In this document: piece after piece, positions 30,268 through 41,741 of the stretch
How positions within the stretch are numbered: position 1 is the first letter of the stretch
Layout: the number at the start of each line of letters is the position of its first letter
NCBI GenBank assembly: GCA_963816145.1
Contig: CAWFJP010000005.1
Location: 256,001-320,000 of the forward strand
Source of the DNA: an uncultured delta proteobacterium
GTDB taxonomy: Bacteria > Desulfobacterota > Binatia > UBA9968
Length of the DNA stretch: 64,000 nucleotides
Reading direction: 5' to 3'
The notes under the pieces: model-generated
Database searches by the model: none
Seen by the model: the letters and a program-made list of their open reading frames with translations, nothing else
What the model was told of the DNA's origin: nothing
Translations under genes and position numbers: made by a program

Positions 30268-30322
30268 GGCCCGCTACACCGGTTGCGCAAGCCGCCGTGT
30301 GTAGCGGGCCTTCTTATTTTTT
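30268..30322. terminator. Hairpin terminator between the small transcript and the convergent HEAT-repeat gene
   Basis: ggcccgctacac / gtgtagcgggcc 12-bp stem followed by ttcttatttttt on the + strand. Confidence 0.7.
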
Positions 30323-31021
30323 CTGCAATATTTTGAGTGCCGCATCGGCGCTCTTTTTGATTTGCTGGTTGCCGCCTATGCTCGCTTCAGTGAGTGCTCG
30401 GAGAAATTCTTGATCCGCGGATCCTAGACTCGCCAAGGTCACGGCGACCGCGTTTTTTACGCGGTCGTCGGTGTCACGCAGATAACTTGCAAGGAGTTTC
30501 TGACGGACCGCGGCATCCACATCGCTTCTTAGCTTAAAACTGGTGACCGCGGCGACGCGCACTGTCGGTTCATCATCGTCCAATGCTTTCAGCATTGCTG
30601 CTCGACTCTCGCCGTCGCTCAAAGCTAAATCGCGCAAGCAATAAAGCGCCATGCGTTTTTGATTGGCACTGCCGCTTATGCATAGTTCAATCAGCAGTGA
30701 GACCACTGCGGGTTCTTGTTGCGCGATGCGCACCAGTAGCAGGCCGTTGGCCCAACGAATATCGGGTTCGCGATGATCGAGGGCGATGAGCAATGTGCGA
30801 AGGACAGCGCCTGAGGGTTGGCTTTGATGGCCGAGGACATAAGCGACCGGCCAATAGTTTCTGTGATCGGGTTCGTTGAGCCGGTGGTTTAGGGTGTCCC
30901 GGAGGCCCGCGGAGGTTTCCCCCAGGGCGATGAGCTTGTCGACGGCGGCGCGGATCGTCGGTTTGTCGGGATGATCGAGGGCAGTGATGAGATCGGCGAT
31001 CTCGCGTGAATCGGTTGCCAA
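30314..31021 (-). CDS. HEAT/PBS-lyase-like repeat protein
   Basis: Repeats of ALDHPDKPTIRAA, ALDHREPDIRW, ALDDDEPTVRVAA, DTDDRVKNA. Confidence 0.8.
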   Translation of the reverse strand: MATDSREIADLITALDHPDKPTIRAAVDKLIALGETSAGLRDTLNHRLNEPDHRNYWPVAYVLGHQSQPSGAVLRTLLIALDHREPDIRWANGLLLVRIAQQEPAVVSLLIELCISGSANQKRMALYCLRDLALSDGESRAAMLKALDDDEPTVRVAAVTSFKLRSDVDAAVRQKLLASYLRDTDDRVKNAVAVTLASLGSADQEFLRALTEASIGGNQQIKKSADAALKILQKK

Positions 31022-31052
31022 GAGCGAACTCCAGCGCGAGCGGGTAGCCGAA

Positions 31053-32246
31053 TTAGATTTCCAAAAACTGCGGACAGTCGGTCAGGTTGCGGTTGCCTTT
31101 GGGCCTAACTACCACGACGTCTTCCAATCGGACGCCGCCGACGCCTAAGTAATAGAGCCCCGGTTCCACGGTGACCACATGGCCGGTGCGCAGGACCGCG
31201 TCGACCGGGGCGATGCGCGGCGGTTCGTGAATGTCCAAGCCCAAACCATGGCCGGTGCCGTGAAAGAAGCCCTGCATGCGGCCGTTGATCCTGCCGGTGG
31301 GAAAGCCCCGGGCGGCGAACATGTTCAAAATATTCTGGTGCACTTCCTTACCATTGACGCCGTCGCGGATCTGGTCGTAGCCGATCCGTTGGCCGGCTTG
31401 CACGGTGGCGTAGATTTGTTTCAATTTTTCCGACGCCCGGCCGCGCACCACGGTGCGGCTCAAATCGCCGAAATAGCCATTGTGTTGCGAGCGCGGGAAA
31501 ATATCGAAGATGATCGAAGTGTTCGCTTTGATCGGGCCGGCGCCTTCATGGTGCGGATCGACGCATTGATTGCCCGACGAGATGATCGTGTGGCTCGGCA
31601 GCCAGCCTTGCGCCATGATCGTCGTATTGACCCCGGTCTTGAGCATCTCGGAAGTCAGCCGCAGACCGTTGAGATAGAGATACCCGTCGCGTTTGGTCTT
31701 GGTCCGTTTGAGCATGCGGATGCCGGCTTCCAAACCGAGACGGGCGATGCGCAGCGATTCGGTGATCTGTTTCACTTCAAGATTGTTCTTGGTCTCGCGC
31801 TGGGGCCAGAAGGGGTCGCGCTTGATCTGCACGCTGTAACCTTTCGCACGCAGTTGGTCTAACAATAGGGCGGAAAAATTTGCCGGCACGATGAGCGAGC
31901 GAATGCCGCGCTCGCGAAAAATCAAATCGACAATGTCGATCATTGCCGCCGGCGCTTTGCCGAGTTTGCGCAGTTTTTTCTGATAGAGCGACAACGACAG
32001 CACCCGGTCGGCGTGAGCCTGCTTCTTGGCGCGGTCGATCTCGAGATCGCTCATGACGATGTGGCGATGGTTCTTGTGCTCAAAGAAAATAAACGGATCG
32101 GGCACGAAGAAGCCGGTGGCGTAAAGCATGTTGGCGTCGCCTTCGCTGGCGGCGTAAAGCAAGATCGCCTGATTCGGTTTAAGCTGGATCGGTTGCAGCA
32201 CCGGCCCGCTCGAGATGTTTTGCGGCTTTGGATTCGCTTCGAGCAT
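31053..32246 (-). CDS. Xaa-Pro aminopeptidase (M24 family)
   Basis: DIFP..GYFGDLSRT, HGTGHGLGLDIHE, VTVEPGLY, GVRLED. Confidence 0.93.
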   Translation of the reverse strand: MLEANPKPQNISSGPVLQPIQLKPNQAILLYAASEGDANMLYATGFFVPDPFIFFEHKNHRHIVMSDLEIDRAKKQAHADRVLSLSLYQKKLRKLGKAPAAMIDIVDLIFRERGIRSLIVPANFSALLLDQLRAKGYSVQIKRDPFWPQRETKNNLEVKQITESLRIARLGLEAGIRMLKRTKTKRDGYLYLNGLRLTSEMLKTGVNTTIMAQGWLPSHTIISSGNQCVDPHHEGAGPIKANTSIIFDIFPRSQHNGYFGDLSRTVVRGRASEKLKQIYATVQAGQRIGYDQIRDGVNGKEVHQNILNMFAARGFPTGRINGRMQGFFHGTGHGLGLDIHEPPRIAPVDAVLRTGHVVTVEPGLYYLGVGGVRLEDVVVVRPKGNRNLTDCPQFLEI

Positions 32247-32439
32247 GATAGTTGTCGCGCCTCGATTCGTCGTGGTTATGATTTTCTTGCGGCTTCATCA
32301 CGCTAACAAGTTGATGCTGGAACTGCAAGTTTTTCCCCGTGAATTCGCGCGATTGAGTTGACAGTCAGACGACTTTTGTTATGATGCCGCCACTCGCTGG
32401 CGAAACTATTTTGCTTTCGCGCCTAAGGAATTTCTCTCG

Positions 32440-33990
32440 ATGACGATAGCCAACAATCTCGACAAGCTCCGCGAACTCAACGACAAGGCCGAAGCCGGCG
32501 GCGGCGCCGAACGGGCGCGCCGGCAGCATGAACAGGGCAAGCTTTTGGCGCGCGAGCGTCTCGACATTCTGCTTGACAGCGGCAGTTTTGTCGAGATCGA
32601 CCGTTTGCGCACGCACCACAGCACCGACTTCGGTCTCGATAAACAAAAATTTTTAGGCGACGCTGTCGTCACCGGCTATGGCGCTATCGACGGACGGCTC
32701 GTCTATGCTTACTCGCAGGACTTCACCGTCTTCGGAGGCAGCTTGAGCCGGGTGGTTGCCGACAAAATCTGCAAGGTCATGGACATGGCGGTGAAGAATG
32801 GCGCACCGCTCATCGGTATCAACGACTCCGGCGGCGCGCGCATTCAAGAAGGTGTCGATAGTCTTGCCGGTTACGGCGATATTTTCCAGCGCAACGTCAT
32901 GGCATCCGGCGTCGTGCCGCAAATCACAGCGATCATGGGACCGTGCGCCGGCGGCGCCGTCTATTCGCCGGCGATCACCGACTTTATCTTTATGTGCAAG
33001 ACGAACAGCTACATGTTCATTACCGGTCCGGACGTGATCAAGACGGTGACCCATGAAGAGGTGACCAAAGAAGATCTGGGCGGTGCGGAAACCCACACGG
33101 GGAAGAGCGGCGTGGCCCATTTCACCGCCAATACGGAAAAGGACTGCTTGCTGATGATCCGTGAGTTGGTCAGCTTTCTGCCCAGCAATAATCAGGAAGA
33201 TCCGCCGTTCCGGCCGACCCATGACGATCCGCTGCGGCGCGACAAGCGGCTCAAAGACATTATCCCCGACAATCCCAACCGTCCCTACGACATGAAAGAG
33301 TTGATCGCCGCGGTGGTGGACGAGGGGTATTTCTACGAGGTTCAACCGGAGTTCGCTCGCAATATCCTCATCGGTTTCGCCCATGTCGGCGGGCGATCCA
33401 TCGGCATTGTCGCTAATCAGCCGAATCACTTGGCCGGCTGTTTGGATATCAACGCTTCGGTGAAGGCGGCGCGCTTCATTCGCTTCTGCGATTGTTTCAA
33501 TATTCCGATCGTCACTTTTGTCGACGTGCCGGGTTTCTTGCCAGGAACCGAGCAGGAATATCACGGGATTATCCGTCATGGCGCGAAGTTACTTTACGCC
33601 TACGCCGAAGCGACTGTGCCCAAGGTTACCATCGTCACGCGTAAAGCCTATGGCGGTGGCTACATCGTCATGGCGAGCAAGCATCTGCGCGGCGATGTCA
33701 ATTTAGTTTATCCCACCGGCGAGATCGCCGTCATGGGTCCGGATGGAGCGATTAACATCGTTTTCCGCGATGCTCTCCTGAAATCGGCCGATACGGCCAG
33801 GACCCGCGACGAGTTGGTGAACAATTATCGCGAAACCTTCGCCAATCCTTTCAAAGCCGCGGAGTCAGGCTACGTCGATGGGATCGTTTACCCCGAAGAG
33901 ACCCGGCCGACATTGATCCGCGCCTTGGAAATGCTTAAGAACAAGCAAGATCACAATCCGCCCAAAAAACATGGGAATATTCCACTTTAA
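32440..33990 (+). CDS. pccB: Acyl-CoA (propionyl-CoA) carboxylase carboxyltransferase subunit
   Basis: [44 protein letters not shown]. Confidence 0.93.
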   Translation: MTIANNLDKLRELNDKAEAGGGAERARRQHEQGKLLARERLDILLDSGSFVEIDRLRTHHSTDFGLDKQKFLGDAVVTGYGAIDGRLVYAYSQDFTVFGGSLSRVVADKICKVMDMAVKNGAPLIGINDSGGARIQEGVDSLAGYGDIFQRNVMASGVVPQITAIMGPCAGGAVYSPAITDFIFMCKTNSYMFITGPDVIKTVTHEEVTKEDLGGAETHTGKSGVAHFTANTEKDCLLMIRELVSFLPSNNQEDPPFRPTHDDPLRRDKRLKDIIPDNPNRPYDMKELIAAVVDEGYFYEVQPEFARNILIGFAHVGGRSIGIVANQPNHLAGCLDINASVKAARFIRFCDCFNIPIVTFVDVPGFLPGTEQEYHGIIRHGAKLLYAYAEATVPKVTIVTRKAYGGGYIVMASKHLRGDVNLVYPTGEIAVMGPDGAINIVFRDALLKSADTARTRDELVNNYRETFANPFKAAESGYVDGIVYPEETRPTLIRALEMLKNKQDHNPPKKHGNIPL

Positions 33991-34094
33991 AGAAGGCACG
34001 AGGCTTGAGGCGCGAGTAAGAATATTAGGAGCACGGATTTTTTCCGATTTATCTTACTCACGCCTTACGCCTCTCGACTCATGCCTAGCCTCTA

Positions 34095-35627
34095 ATGTTT
34101 AAGCGAATCCTCATTGCCAATCGTGGCGAGATCGCAGTGCGCATTGCGCGGGCTTGCCGCGAGCTCGATATTGAATCGATCGCGGTTTATTCGGAAGCCG
34201 ATCGCGAGTCGCTGCATGTCAAATACGCCGACTATGCTTACGCCATAGGCCCGGCGCCGTCGGTGCAGAGTTATCTGGTCATCGATCGGATCATCGATGT
34301 CTGCAAGACGAGCGGCGCCGAGGCTGTGCATCCGGGATACGGATTCTTGGCGGAGAATGCGAAGTTCGCGCAACGCTGCAAAGACGAAGGCATCGTCTTC
34401 ATCGGTCCGTCGCCCGAAGTCATCGATCAAATGGGCGACAAGGTCAAAGCCCGCCAAATCATGAAAGCCGCCGGCGTGCCCGTCGTGCCGGGTTCCGACG
34501 GCATTCTGACTTCCGAAGAGGAAGTGCTCCAGACCATGGAAGCGATCGGCTATCCCTGCATGTTGAAAGCGGTGGCCGGCGGCGGCGGTAAAGGGCTCCG
34601 ATTGGTGCGCTCGCGGCGCGAGGTGTCGTCGGCCTATCGCGCGGTTGGCTCGGAAGCCAAATCTTCCTTCGGCGATGCTCGCCTCTACGTTGAAAAATTC
34701 ATCGTCAAGCCGCGTCACGTTGAGATCCAAGTCCTGGCCGACAGTTATGGCCGCGTTATCCACCTTTACGACCGCGAGTGTTCGATCCAGCGGCGCCACC
34801 AAAAAGTCATCGAAGAATCGCCCGCCCCAGGGCTGGAAGACCGCACGCGGCGGCGCATCGACCGGATCGCCATTCAAGGCGCCCGCGCGGTCGGTTATGT
34901 CGGCGCTGGGACGCTGGAGTTCCTCCTCGATAGCGAGCAGAATTTTTATTTCTTGGAAATGAACACCCGGCTGCAAGTCGAGCATGCGGTGACTGAGCGG
35001 GTGGTCGGTATCGACTTGGTCAAGGCGCAGATCGAAATAGCCGCCGGCGGCTATTTGCCTTGGCGCCAGCGCCATATTACTCAGACCGGCCACGCCATCG
35101 AATGCCGGATTTACGCCGAAGACCCCGAGCGCGATTTCATGCCATGCCCTGGCCGCATCGAAGGTTTGCGTCTGCCCGAAGGGCTGGGTTTGCGCAACGA
35201 CAACGGTGTCTATGAAGGCGCCGAGGTGTCGATCTATTACGATCCGATGATCGCTAAGCTGATTACCTGGGGTGAGAATCGCGTCGAAGCAATTCTGCGC
35301 ATGCGCCGGGCGCTGCGCGAATATCAAGTGCGCGGCATCAAAACCAACATCTCGTTTCTTCAGTGGATCTTGCGCCATCCCCGGTTTATGTCCGGTGACT
35401 TCAATACCGGGTTTATCGACGAAGAGTTCAATCCCAAGGCCAACGAAGAGGTCTATCCACATAAGGAGATCGCGCTCGCTTCGGCGGCGATCGCGGCGAT
35501 GCACAGCGAACATGAACGTACCTTGGGTTTGCTCGCAAAAGGCGCAGCCGAACCGTCCAAGTGGCGCCAGCAGCGCGCTTCGTTGCGCCGTTTCGCCGCG
35601 CCGGGCAACCGCGGTTGGCGGCGTTAG
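34095..35627 (+). CDS. accC: Biotin carboxylase subunit
   Basis: ILIANRGEIA, HPGYGFLAEN, GGGGKG, RECSIQRRHQK, EMNTRLQVEH, YYDPMIAK. Confidence 0.93.
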   Translation: MFKRILIANRGEIAVRIARACRELDIESIAVYSEADRESLHVKYADYAYAIGPAPSVQSYLVIDRIIDVCKTSGAEAVHPGYGFLAENAKFAQRCKDEGIVFIGPSPEVIDQMGDKVKARQIMKAAGVPVVPGSDGILTSEEEVLQTMEAIGYPCMLKAVAGGGGKGLRLVRSRREVSSAYRAVGSEAKSSFGDARLYVEKFIVKPRHVEIQVLADSYGRVIHLYDRECSIQRRHQKVIEESPAPGLEDRTRRRIDRIAIQGARAVGYVGAGTLEFLLDSEQNFYFLEMNTRLQVEHAVTERVVGIDLVKAQIEIAAGGYLPWRQRHITQTGHAIECRIYAEDPERDFMPCPGRIEGLRLPEGLGLRNDNGVYEGAEVSIYYDPMIAKLITWGENRVEAILRMRRALREYQVRGIKTNISFLQWILRHPRFMSGDFNTGFIDEEFNPKANEEVYPHKEIALASAAIAAMHSEHERTLGLLAKGAAEPSKWRQQRASLRRFAAPGNRGWRR

Positions 35628-35638
35628 AGTTTGAGACC

Positions 35639-36142
35639 ATGGCGTTTATCGGCAAGCTCGGCGATCAAAGCTTTACCGTAGAAATCGAGGAAACCGGCAA
35701 GTCAGTCTACCGGGTATCGGTGGACGGCAATGAGTTCGTCGTCGACGGCAAAAAAACCGGCCGAACTAATTATTCGCTGATCGTCGGCAGCCGCTCCTTC
35801 GAGATCGAGGTCGACAACACCGACGATGAGTACCGGGTGCTTGTCGACGGGCGCAATTACCATATTAACCTCGTCGATGAGCGGCGTATGCGCGTCGGCG
35901 GCACCCAGGGCGGCCTTGAACTCCAAGGCCGGCAAAAGGTTTCGGTGCCGATGCCAGGCAAAGTGATCGCCGTCTTGGTCTCCGAGGGCGACCAAGTTGA
36001 AAAGGGCCAGGGACTGGTGATCGTCGAAGCGATGAAGATGGAAAACGAAGTGCATAGTCCCATCGCTGGCGAAATCAAAGAGATCAAGGTGAAGCCGGGG
36101 GATACCGTTGAAGGTGGCGCGCTGCTGGTTGTTGTGGAGTAG
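35639..36142 (+). CDS. Biotin carboxyl carrier protein
   Basis: PMPGKV, EAMKME biotinylation motif. Confidence 0.92.
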   Translation: MAFIGKLGDQSFTVEIEETGKSVYRVSVDGNEFVVDGKKTGRTNYSLIVGSRSFEIEVDNTDDEYRVLVDGRNYHINLVDERRMRVGGTQGGLELQGRQKVSVPMPGKVIAVLVSEGDQVEKGQGLVIVEAMKMENEVHSPIAGEIKEIKVKPGDTVEGGALLVVVE

Positions 36143-36212
36143 TCAGGATCTCACGTAAATTCCCCCGAGTGAATCTTGTCAGCTTAAAACTTTCGTGTTA
36201 TAGCAGCGCACG

Positions 36213-36764
36213 ATGATTCCGAAAAAGTGTTTTTTTACCAAAGGTGTCGGCGTCCACAAAGAAAAGTTGGCGTCGTTCGAGTTGGCGTTGCGGCAAGCCG
36301 GTCTGGCTTATTGCAACTTGGTATTGGTGTCGAGCATCTTTCCGCCTTACTGCAAACGGCTTTCCAAGGAAGAAGGGGCGAAGCTGCTCCGACCCGGTGA
36401 GGTTGTGTTCAGCGTCTACGACCGCGAGAGCACCAACGAGCCCAATCGCCTGGTGGCCGCCTCGGTGGGTGTGGCGATTCCGTCGGATGAGAGCCAATAC
36501 GGTTATCTGTCGGAGCATCACTCTTTCGGCGAGACCGACGAAAAGGCGGGCGACTATGCCGAGGATCTCGCCGCCAGCATGTTGGCGACGACTCTGGGTA
36601 TCGAGTTCAATCCCGACACCGCCTGGGACGAGCGCGAGCAGCTTTTCAAAATGTCTGAGAAAATCGTCCGTACTTCCAACATCACGCAATCCGCCATCGG
36701 CAACAAAGACGGCTTGTGGACCACCGTGTTTGCCGCCTGCGCGTTTATCAACGACGATAACTAG
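36213..36764 (+). CDS. pdaD: Pyruvoyl-dependent arginine decarboxylase
   Basis: SFELALR.AG, NLV.VSSIFPP self-cleavage site, GYLSEHH, WTTVFAA. Confidence 0.92.
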   Translation: MIPKKCFFTKGVGVHKEKLASFELALRQAGLAYCNLVLVSSIFPPYCKRLSKEEGAKLLRPGEVVFSVYDRESTNEPNRLVAASVGVAIPSDESQYGYLSEHHSFGETDEKAGDYAEDLAASMLATTLGIEFNPDTAWDEREQLFKMSEKIVRTSNITQSAIGNKDGLWTTVFAACAFINDDN

Positions 36765-36791
36765 ACTTAAATTCTGACTCTGAAAGAAAGC

Positions 36792-36821
36792 AGGGCGCTC
36801 CCTTTGGAGTCGCCCTTTTTT
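36792..36821 (+). terminator. Intrinsic terminator after pdaD
   Basis: agggcg-ctcc / ggag-t-cgccct stem followed by a T run. Confidence 0.7.
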
Positions 36822-37061
36822 GTTTTCCATTCCGCAACTGGCAGTCTGCGGCGGTGCGAGACGCCATCTGTCTGTCGGGAAGACAATAACTAGTTGGTGC
36901 CCCGAAGCAAAAGAACGCTCAGCGTTGCTATGCGACCCTTTTCGAATGAAGAGCACGGCGGTGCCAAGCGCAGCGATAGACTTTGCAACCGCAGGGATGG
37001 GTGGCTTATCGATTCGCGCCGCGCGCGGCCGGTGGTGATTCTGCAATTGCAGAAGTGGAGC

Positions 37062-37835
37062 TTATTTCGCCGCCCGTTCCAACCGGTTCATCCGAAAGCG
37101 CGCCAAGTAGGCGACGGCGATACTCAAGAGATAGAGTCCAAACAACGGCACCATCAGCAAGATTTGCGAGACTAGGTCGGGCGGTGTCAGGATCGCCGCT
37201 AGGAGCGCGATGGCGATCAGAGCGTAGCGGCTGTGACGGATCAAGAAGCGATGGTCGATCAGGCCGACCCGTGCGGTGAAAAACGCGACCACCGGCAGTT
37301 CGAACATGGCGCCGGTCACCAACACCATGCGCGATACCGTCGACAGGTAATCGCCGACTTGCAGCATCGGCTTGACGCCGATGACCTCGTAGCGGTGCAG
37401 CATGAAGCTCAATCCTTGTTGGATCAATATGACATAACAAAAGGCCACGCCGGCGCAGAAGAATAGCGAGCCGGCAAAGACGAAGCTACGCGTGTAGCGC
37501 TTCTCATGTTCATAGAGACCGGGAGCGACGAATTGCCAGCCCTGCCACAGGAGCACCGGCAGAGCGACGACCAAGGCGGCGACGAAACCAATTTTCATTT
37601 TGGTAAAGAATGCCTCGGTCACCGCGGTGCCGATCAAGGTCAGTCCCTCGATCTTTAGTCGGCGCAGCGGCGCCGCGAGCACCGCAAAGATCGCATCGAC
37701 GTAGTAGAAGCAGCCGAGGAAAGCGATGGCGACGGCGAGAACGGATTTGATTAACCGCGCGCGCAACTCTCCCAGGTGGGAGGTGAAGGGCATTTGAACG
37801 TCGGCGGGCTGCCCATTGCCTTCTGGCATCGTCAC
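37062..37835 (-). CDS. tatC: Twin-arginine translocase subunit TatC
   Basis: [30 protein letters not shown]. Confidence 0.95.
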   Translation of the reverse strand: MTMPEGNGQPADVQMPFTSHLGELRARLIKSVLAVAIAFLGCFYYVDAIFAVLAAPLRRLKIEGLTLIGTAVTEAFFTKMKIGFVAALVVALPVLLWQGWQFVAPGLYEHEKRYTRSFVFAGSLFFCAGVAFCYVILIQQGLSFMLHRYEVIGVKPMLQVGDYLSTVSRMVLVTGAMFELPVVAFFTARVGLIDHRFLIRHSRYALIAIALLAAILTPPDLVSQILLMVPLFGLYLLSIAVAYLARFRMNRLERAAK

Positions 37836-38110
37836 TTTTTCTCTGCGGTGTCGGGATTCGCATCCGGCGGGGATGTTCCCGGGGCTTGAGCGACCCGGGA
37901 ATCCTCTGTTGGTGGAATAGTCGGGGATTCAGGATTGTCGAGATCCGCCTCGACTTTGCGAAACTCATCTTTGAGCTCATCGGTGGCGCGGCGAAATTCG
38001 GCCAACCCTTTGCCCAAAGTCTTGGCGAGCTCGGGCAGCTTCTTGGGGCCCAGGACGATCAAGGCCAGTCCCAAGATCAATAGTAATTCCGGCATGCCGA
38101 TGCCAAACAT
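37832..38110 (-). CDS. TatA/TatB family translocase subunit
   Basis: [34 protein letters not shown]. Confidence 0.92.
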   Translation of the reverse strand: MFGIGMPELLLILGLALIVLGPKKLPELAKTLGKGLAEFRRATDELKDEFRKVEADLDNPESPTIPPTEDSRVAQAPGTSPPDANPDTAEKK

Positions 38111-38330
38111 ATAGCTAAACTAAGCGATTTCACGCAGCTCCGCAAGATTGCGCTATGGTTAACGTTAGCTTCGACCTGGTGCACAGAGCAGGGCGTGCTT
38201 TCTTGCCGCGCTCGAATTGACAGGTAGATGATAGTGCCTTGTCATCCCGAGTGGAGCGACAGGTCCCGGCCGCGAGGAGTCACGTTCAAATCGCTTTGCA
38301 GCGCCTCGGCGTCGGTGTTAGGTTCTCCCT

Positions 38331-39359
38331 ATGGCTAAGACGGCGGTCGTGGTCGATAAAGAGTATTTGAAGCACCAGCCGGGAGATGCTCATCCGGAGA
38401 GGCCCGAGCGGATCAAAGTCTTGCTGGATTTGGCCGAGAGTCTCGATCCCGCCAGGTTCCAATTATTGCCGCCGATGCCGGCTCAACGTGCCGACATCGA
38501 AGCAACCCATGGCAAAGATCACGTCAAGTTGATCGAATCGACGGCGCGACATAATCGCTACGCCTTGGACGGCGACACCATCACTTGCCGCGATTCGTTT
38601 GCTGTCAGCTTGCTCGCGGTGGGAGGATTCATTCGTTTGCTCGATGCCGTCGCCGTACAGGATTGCCGGAACGGTTTTGCTCTGGTGCGACCGCCGGGCC
38701 ATCACGCGTTGCGCAACCGCGCCATGGGATTTTGTCTGTTTAACACGATGGCGATCGGCGCCGAGTATTTGAAGCGCGCTCATGGCGTCAAGAAAATTCT
38801 CATCATGGATTGGGATGTGCACCACGGTAACGGCACTCAAGATGCTTTTTACGCCGATCCTTCGGTGATGTTCATTTCGACCCATCAGTATCCTTTCTAT
38901 CCCGGCAGCGGCGCGGCCAACGAAACCGGCAGCGGCGCCGGCGAAGGCGTTACCATCAATATCCCGCTGCCCGCTGGTTGCGCCGATGCCGAGTATGCCC
39001 AGGTGTTTCACGATATCATTGTGCCGGCGGCGGAAAAATTTGTGCCGGATTGGATCCTGGTTTCCGCCGGTTTCGATCCGCACCGGCGCGATCCGCTGGG
39101 CGGCATGGGCGTCACCGACGAAGGGTTCGCACTGATGGCGCGCCGTTTACTCGCGCTCGCCGAGAAATTCACTGATGCCAAGATCGCTTTTCTGCTCGAA
39201 GGCGGGTACGATCTTGCCGGCCTGCGCGGTTCGGTGGCGGCGGTGCTCGATACTATGCAATCGGGGGGAGCGGCGGCGCCCGACGCGCCCAGGTTGAACG
39301 ACAGTCGGATCGCGCCGCTAATTCGCCACATTCAACAGCTTCATGAACGATATCGATAG
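38331..39359 (+). CDS. Histone deacetylase family (Zn-dependent amidohydrolase)
   Basis: HPERPER, RPPGHH, GFCLFN, DWDVHHGNGTQ, SAGFD, LEGGY. Confidence 0.94.
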   Translation: MAKTAVVVDKEYLKHQPGDAHPERPERIKVLLDLAESLDPARFQLLPPMPAQRADIEATHGKDHVKLIESTARHNRYALDGDTITCRDSFAVSLLAVGGFIRLLDAVAVQDCRNGFALVRPPGHHALRNRAMGFCLFNTMAIGAEYLKRAHGVKKILIMDWDVHHGNGTQDAFYADPSVMFISTHQYPFYPGSGAANETGSGAGEGVTINIPLPAGCADAEYAQVFHDIIVPAAEKFVPDWILVSAGFDPHRRDPLGGMGVTDEGFALMARRLLALAEKFTDAKIAFLLEGGYDLAGLRGSVAAVLDTMQSGGAAAPDAPRLNDSRIAPLIRHIQQLHERYR

Positions 39360-39436
39360 CTTGGATATCCTATTGATTCACCGGAAACTCTCCATTATCG
39401 TGAAGTTTCAAATCCTTCAAAGATTGGTTAAGCATC

Positions 39437-40687
39437 GTGAATACAACTGAACCACACAGAGTTGTTGTGACCGGCATTGGTCTGGTCACGCCATTGGGAA
39501 CCGGAGTCGACAAGAACTGGGACGCCTTGATGGCGGGCCGCTCCGGCATTCGCAAGATCAGCCGTTTTAACGCCGAGGCTTTTGCGTCACGTATTGCCGG
39601 CGAAGTGCCGGACTTCAAAGCCGACGATTACATCGAACCGAAAGAGATCAAGAAAATGGATCTCTTCATTCAGTACGCCATGGGCGCCACGGCGCAGGCG
39701 ATGGCCGACAGCGGTCTCAAAATCGAGGGCGAATTCGCCGAGAACGTCGGCGTCATCATCGGTGTCGGCATGAATGGCCTCGATACCCTTGAAACTACTA
39801 AAGAGGCGCTGATGGCGGGCGGGCCGCGCAAGATATCGCCGTTTTTCATTCCGAAAGTTATCTCGAACCTCGCCCCCGGCCATGTGGCGATTCGTTACGG
39901 CGCCAAGGGCATCAATTTCACGCCAACTTCGGCTTGCGCTTCGGGCAACCACGCGATCGGCGAGGCCTATCACATGATTCGCCGCGGTTTGCAGGACGCA
40001 GTGATCGCCGGCGGCGCTGAGGCGGCGATCACGCCTTTGGGGGTGGGCGGTTTCGCCGCCATGAAAGCGCTCTCGACGCGCAACGACGAGCCCGAGCGTG
40101 CCAGCCGGCCGTTCGATAAAGAACGCGATGGTTTTGTCATCGGCGAGGGTTCCGGCATCTTGATTCTCGAAGAGCGCGAGCACGCGCTCCAGCGCGGCGC
40201 CAAGATCTACGCCGAAGTGATCGGTTACGCGGCCAACGGCGATGCGCATCATATGACCGCGCCAGCGCCCAACGGCGAAGGCGCGGCGCGCTGCATGCGC
40301 TTGGCCTTGAAAGACGCCGGCATCGCGCCGAGCGGTGTGAGTTACATCAACGCCCATGGCACCTCCACGGAATATAACGACGCCAACGAAACCACGGCGA
40401 TCAAGACGGTCTTTGGCGAGGCGGCGGCCAAGCTGGCGGTGAGCTCGACCAAATCGATGACCGGACATTTGCTCGGTGCCGCCGGGGCGGTGGAAGGCGT
40501 CTTCTCGACGCTGGCGCTGCATCACGGCATGCTGCCGCCGACGATCAATTATGAAAATCCCGATCCCGCTTGCGATCTGGACTATGTCCCCAATCAGGCC
40601 CGCAAGGCCGATGTGAAAGTGGTATTGTCCAACTCCTTCGGATTTGGCGGCACCAATGCTTGTGTGATTTTCGGGAGGTGTGCATGA
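39437..40687 (+). CDS. fabF: Beta-ketoacyl-ACP synthase II
   Basis: RVVVTG, SACASG (Cys), [21 protein letters not shown]. Confidence 0.95.
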   Translation: MNTTEPHRVVVTGIGLVTPLGTGVDKNWDALMAGRSGIRKISRFNAEAFASRIAGEVPDFKADDYIEPKEIKKMDLFIQYAMGATAQAMADSGLKIEGEFAENVGVIIGVGMNGLDTLETTKEALMAGGPRKISPFFIPKVISNLAPGHVAIRYGAKGINFTPTSACASGNHAIGEAYHMIRRGLQDAVIAGGAEAAITPLGVGGFAAMKALSTRNDEPERASRPFDKERDGFVIGEGSGILILEEREHALQRGAKIYAEVIGYAANGDAHHMTAPAPNGEGAARCMRLALKDAGIAPSGVSYINAHGTSTEYNDANETTAIKTVFGEAAAKLAVSSTKSMTGHLLGAAGAVEGVFSTLALHHGMLPPTINYENPDPACDLDYVPNQARKADVKVVLSNSFGFGGTNACVIFGRCA

Positions 40688-41676
40688 GCCGCTCCGAACG
40701 CCGCAGCGTGATTCTCGGTACCGGCTCCGAGATGCCGTCCAAGATTATCACCAACCATGATTTGGAGAAGGTGGTCGACACCAGCGATGAGTGGATCACC
40801 GTGCGCACCGGCATAAAAGAGCGGCGCGTCCTCGAAGACGGCAAGGGCAACGCCGACATGGCCTATGAAGCGGCAAAACGCGCCCTTGACGACGCCCATG
40901 TCGATGCCAAGGATCTCGACGCCATCATTATGGGCACGGTTTCCGCGGACTATCCGTTTCCGAGTTCCGCTTGTGTGCTCGAAGACAAGCTTGGGGCGCG
41001 CAACGCATTTTCCTTCGACGTCGGCGCGGCATGTTCGGGTTTTATCAATGCGCTTGCGGTCGGCGATCTATACATTCGCAGCGGCAAGGTCAACAAAGCG
41101 CTCGTCGTTGGCTCCGATGTCTTGAGCCGCATGCTCAACTGGAAGGATCGCGGCACGTGCATACTCTTCGGCGACGGTGCCGGGGCGGTGGTGCTCGGCG
41201 CGTCCGAGAACGGTTCCGGGGTGCTGAGCACGAAGCTCCGTACCGACGGTTCGTACGCCAAGGCGCTTTACGTTCCCGCCGGCGGATCGCTCAAACCGCC
41301 CTGTCCGGAGACGGTTCGAAACAACGAGCACACGATCACGATGAACGGCAAAGAGGTGTTCAAGGTCGCCGTACGTTCCATGGAGGAGATCAGCCGGCAA
41401 GCCCTCGATGAAGCCGGCGTCACCATCGATCAAGTGGCGCTGGTCATCCCGCACCAAGCCAACAAGCGGATCATCGTCGCCCTCGCCGAGCGGCTCGGCG
41501 TGCCGATGGAAAAAGTGGTGGTCAATTTAGAAAAATACGGCAACACGTCCGCGGCATCGATCCCGGTCGCTCTCGATGAAGCCAAACGCGCCGGCCGCAT
41601 CCATCATGGCGATATTGTCCTGCTCAATGCCTTCGGCGCCGGATTCGCTTGGGGCGCGGCGGTGGTGAAGTTCTAA
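40684..41676 (+). CDS. fabH: Beta-ketoacyl-ACP synthase III
   Basis: DTSDEWI.RTGI, AACSGF, PHQAN, GNTSAAS; ATGA overlap with fabF. Confidence 0.95.
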   Translation: MSRSERRSVILGTGSEMPSKIITNHDLEKVVDTSDEWITVRTGIKERRVLEDGKGNADMAYEAAKRALDDAHVDAKDLDAIIMGTVSADYPFPSSACVLEDKLGARNAFSFDVGAACSGFINALAVGDLYIRSGKVNKALVVGSDVLSRMLNWKDRGTCILFGDGAGAVVLGASENGSGVLSTKLRTDGSYAKALYVPAGGSLKPPCPETVRNNEHTITMNGKEVFKVAVRSMEEISRQALDEAGVTIDQVALVIPHQANKRIIVALAERLGVPMEKVVVNLEKYGNTSAASIPVALDEAKRAGRIHHGDIVLLNAFGAGFAWGAAVVKF

Positions 41677-41741
41677 ATGGCCGCCCTAGGGCTCAAACCA
41701 TACCGCGACTGATGTCGCCCGGCCTAAGTGCAAGTACGTTT

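Larger units (their letters stand above)
30133..30322 (+). ncRNA. Putative structured small RNA / mini-ORF transcript
   Basis: Lies between the promoter and a terminator-like hairpin; nested stems 30179-30266 and 30268-30310; extended SD 30141-30156. Confidence 0.6.

Noticed and set aside
30133-30322. 6S RNA, tmRNA or tRNA
   Set aside because: No 5'/3' end pairing into a rod with a central bubble, no tRNA-like acceptor or T arm, no tag-peptide ending.
34092-35513. 473-aa antisense ORF, and similar long antisense ORFs over ubiD, pccB, fabF and pdaD
   Set aside because: Shadow frames of well-conserved genes in GC-rich DNA; no motifs of their own.
39437-41676. Type II PKS cluster
   Set aside because: FabF and FabH have canonical residues; no chain-length factor, ACP or cyclase nearby.
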